Assembly (NCBI GenBank): GCA_030704615.1
Contig: CM060734.1
Coordinates: forward strand, 3,038,001 to 3,102,000
DNA from: Takakia lepidozioides
Taxonomy: Eukaryota > Plantae > Bryophyta
Reading direction: 5' to 3'
Length of the DNA stretch: 64,000 nucleotides
Made by a program: the position numbers and the translations under genes. Positions 62,050 to 64,000 of this stretch are shown piece after piece (position 1 is the stretch's first letter; the number at the start of each line of letters is the position of its first letter). The notes beneath the pieces were generated by a model. It was not told the DNA's origin. It made no database searches and saw only the letters and a list, made by a program, of their open reading frames with translations.

Positions 62050-63190
62050 GTCATAGGTCTTGCAAAAATATCATAATCAACAAAAGTCATTACACCAATG
62101 AACTTACAAAATACTATCAGCATGATTTTAGTTGGATTTAAAACTTTATATGAGCAACTAACACCTATATTCATAGGTCTTGAAAACATTTCATGAACAA
62201 CATAAATCGTTACACCAATGAACTTACAAAACAACATCCGCATGATTTTAGTTGGTTTTGAAACTTTACATGAATAACTAACACCTACATTCATAGGTCA
62301 TAGAAGACTTTCATGAACAACAAGAATCATTACATCAGTGAACTTACAAAACAACATCCATATGATTTTAGTTGGATCTGAAACTTTACATGAGCAACTA
62401 ACACCTACATTCATAGGTCCTATAAAACTTTCATGAACAACAAAAATCATTACACCAGTGAACTTCCGCATGATTTTAGTTGGATTTAAAACTTTATATG
62501 AGCACCTAACACCTACATTCATAGGTCATGCAAATATTTCAGGAACAACAAAAATCATTACACTAGTGAACTTATAAAGCAACATTCGTACTATTTTAGT
62601 TGGATTTGAAACTTTACATGAACAACTAACACCTACATTCATAGGTCATGCAAAGATTTCATGAACAACAAAAATCATTACACCAGTGAACTTACAAAAC
62701 AACATCCGTATGATTTTAGTTGGATTTGAAACTTTACATGAGCAACTAATACCTACATTCATAGGTCCTACAAAACTTTCATGAACAACAAAAATCATTA
62801 CACCAGTGAACTTACAAAATACCATCCGTAGGATTTTAGTTGGATTTGAAAAATTTTATGAGCAACTACCACCTACATTCATATATCCTGCAAAAAATTC
62901 ATGAATAACAAATGTCAGTACGCGGGCGAACTTACAGAATACCATCCGTGTGATTTTAATTCAGTGTGAAACTTTACATGAGCAACTAACACTTACATTC
63001 ATATGTCCTACAAAAATTTCATGAACAACAAAAATCATTACGCGGGTGAACTTACAAAATACCATCCGTGTGATTTCAATTCGATGTGAAGCTTTATATG
63101 AACAACTAACACCTACGTTTGTATGTCCTGCAAAATGTCATTAACAACAAAAGTCATTACGCGGTTGAACTTTCAAAATACCATCTGTAC
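62050..63190. repeat. 120-bp satellite, about 9.5 copies
   Basis: acaccta(t/c)attcataggtc at 62161, 62281, 62401 and onwards. Confidence 0.92.
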
Positions 63191-64000
63191 CACCTAAGGT
63201 ACCTTGATAATGTTTAGGCCAAACGCTAGGCTATCTTGGTCATTACAAAAGAAGAAACAACCTTCAGTTCTAGAATGTTGGGTATAAAATGACACACACT
63301 AATATCCTATCAAACTACAATATACACATGGAACAACTTCCAAGACATTGGTTGATAATTTGGATGGTCATCAATGTATTCCAATGTGAATTTTCTCTTC
63401 TCTCTTACACATTGAAATGCTATGACCACTACTCTCTCATCATATTAAAAATGTATGACCATTACATTTACAATAGTCTTTTTGTATAATATAATTATCA
63501 CTTAGATGAATTCATATGTATTAAGTGGCTTGAGGAATCAATTCAATTGGGCAATTTTACTGAAGTTTATAGCCAGCCTTGTATATTGCTCTTAATCACA
63601 CGCCTCAAGAGTCAAAAAATAATGTATAATGCCTATGATCAAGGTTTGGTACGTAGAACTATATGCTTACGAGAAAGATGAAAACAAGATTTTCAAATTG
63701 AGCCCAAATACAAAGCATGTAAATGTATGAACAAAGGATTGCTTGAAAATACATACAAAATGCCGGGGAGGGGTTTTTAAAAAAATAAAATTTGTACAAG
63801 ATTCTATACACAAGGGATGGATAAATTGATAATTAAAATACATAAGGATCCCAGGGTATCCATATTGCCATGGCCAGCATTGTTCGCTCCAGTTCGCCAC
63901 TTTTTAATATAAATTCTTACCTAGGGCACTTCTCAACGAAAATCTCCAGGTTGGAAGTCCAACATTCAAGTAAGAAAAGGCGATCGTATGATCTGATTTC

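Noticed and set aside
61947-62522. Repetitive minus-strand ORFs
   Set aside because: Translations of the 120-bp satellite

Overview
Eukaryotic, intron-containing DNA, most likely from a non-seed land plant (PLS-type PPR remnants, Tcn1-like gypsy, CRE-type LINE). Host genes: a complete 6-exon gamma-glutamyl transpeptidase gene (minus, 25804-29563) and the last two exons of an IscU/ISU1 Fe-S scaffold gene (plus, 23833-24732). Most of the rest is transposon-derived. The main element is a young 11.86 kb Ty3/gypsy retrotransposon (7578-19435, ACCC target duplication) with four unusual properties. (1) Its polyprotein reads Gag-PR-C5 DNA methyltransferase-RT-RNaseH-IN-PHD. (2) It has split, permuted terminal repeats A...B-gc-A-B instead of two LTRs. 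(3) The internal B/A junction is the palindrome GACA-GC-TGTC, whose halves are the integrated ends, as expected if a 2-LTR circle were opened inside the LTR. (4) Its primer-binding site is complementary to its own LTR (Tf1-like self-priming). A TAG-CAA-CCA readthrough-type stop separates the methyltransferase from RT. A relic of a related family (48.9-50.8 kb, minus) keeps the LTR-end/PBS/hairpin layout. Other TEs: CACTA elements and fragments, hAT, copia, Tcn1-like gypsy, CRE-like and RNase H-bearing LINEs (one with a PCIF1-like methyltransferase-like segment), a SET-like fragment, satellites and two micro-inversions inside TE genes. Coordinates and alignments were done by eye.
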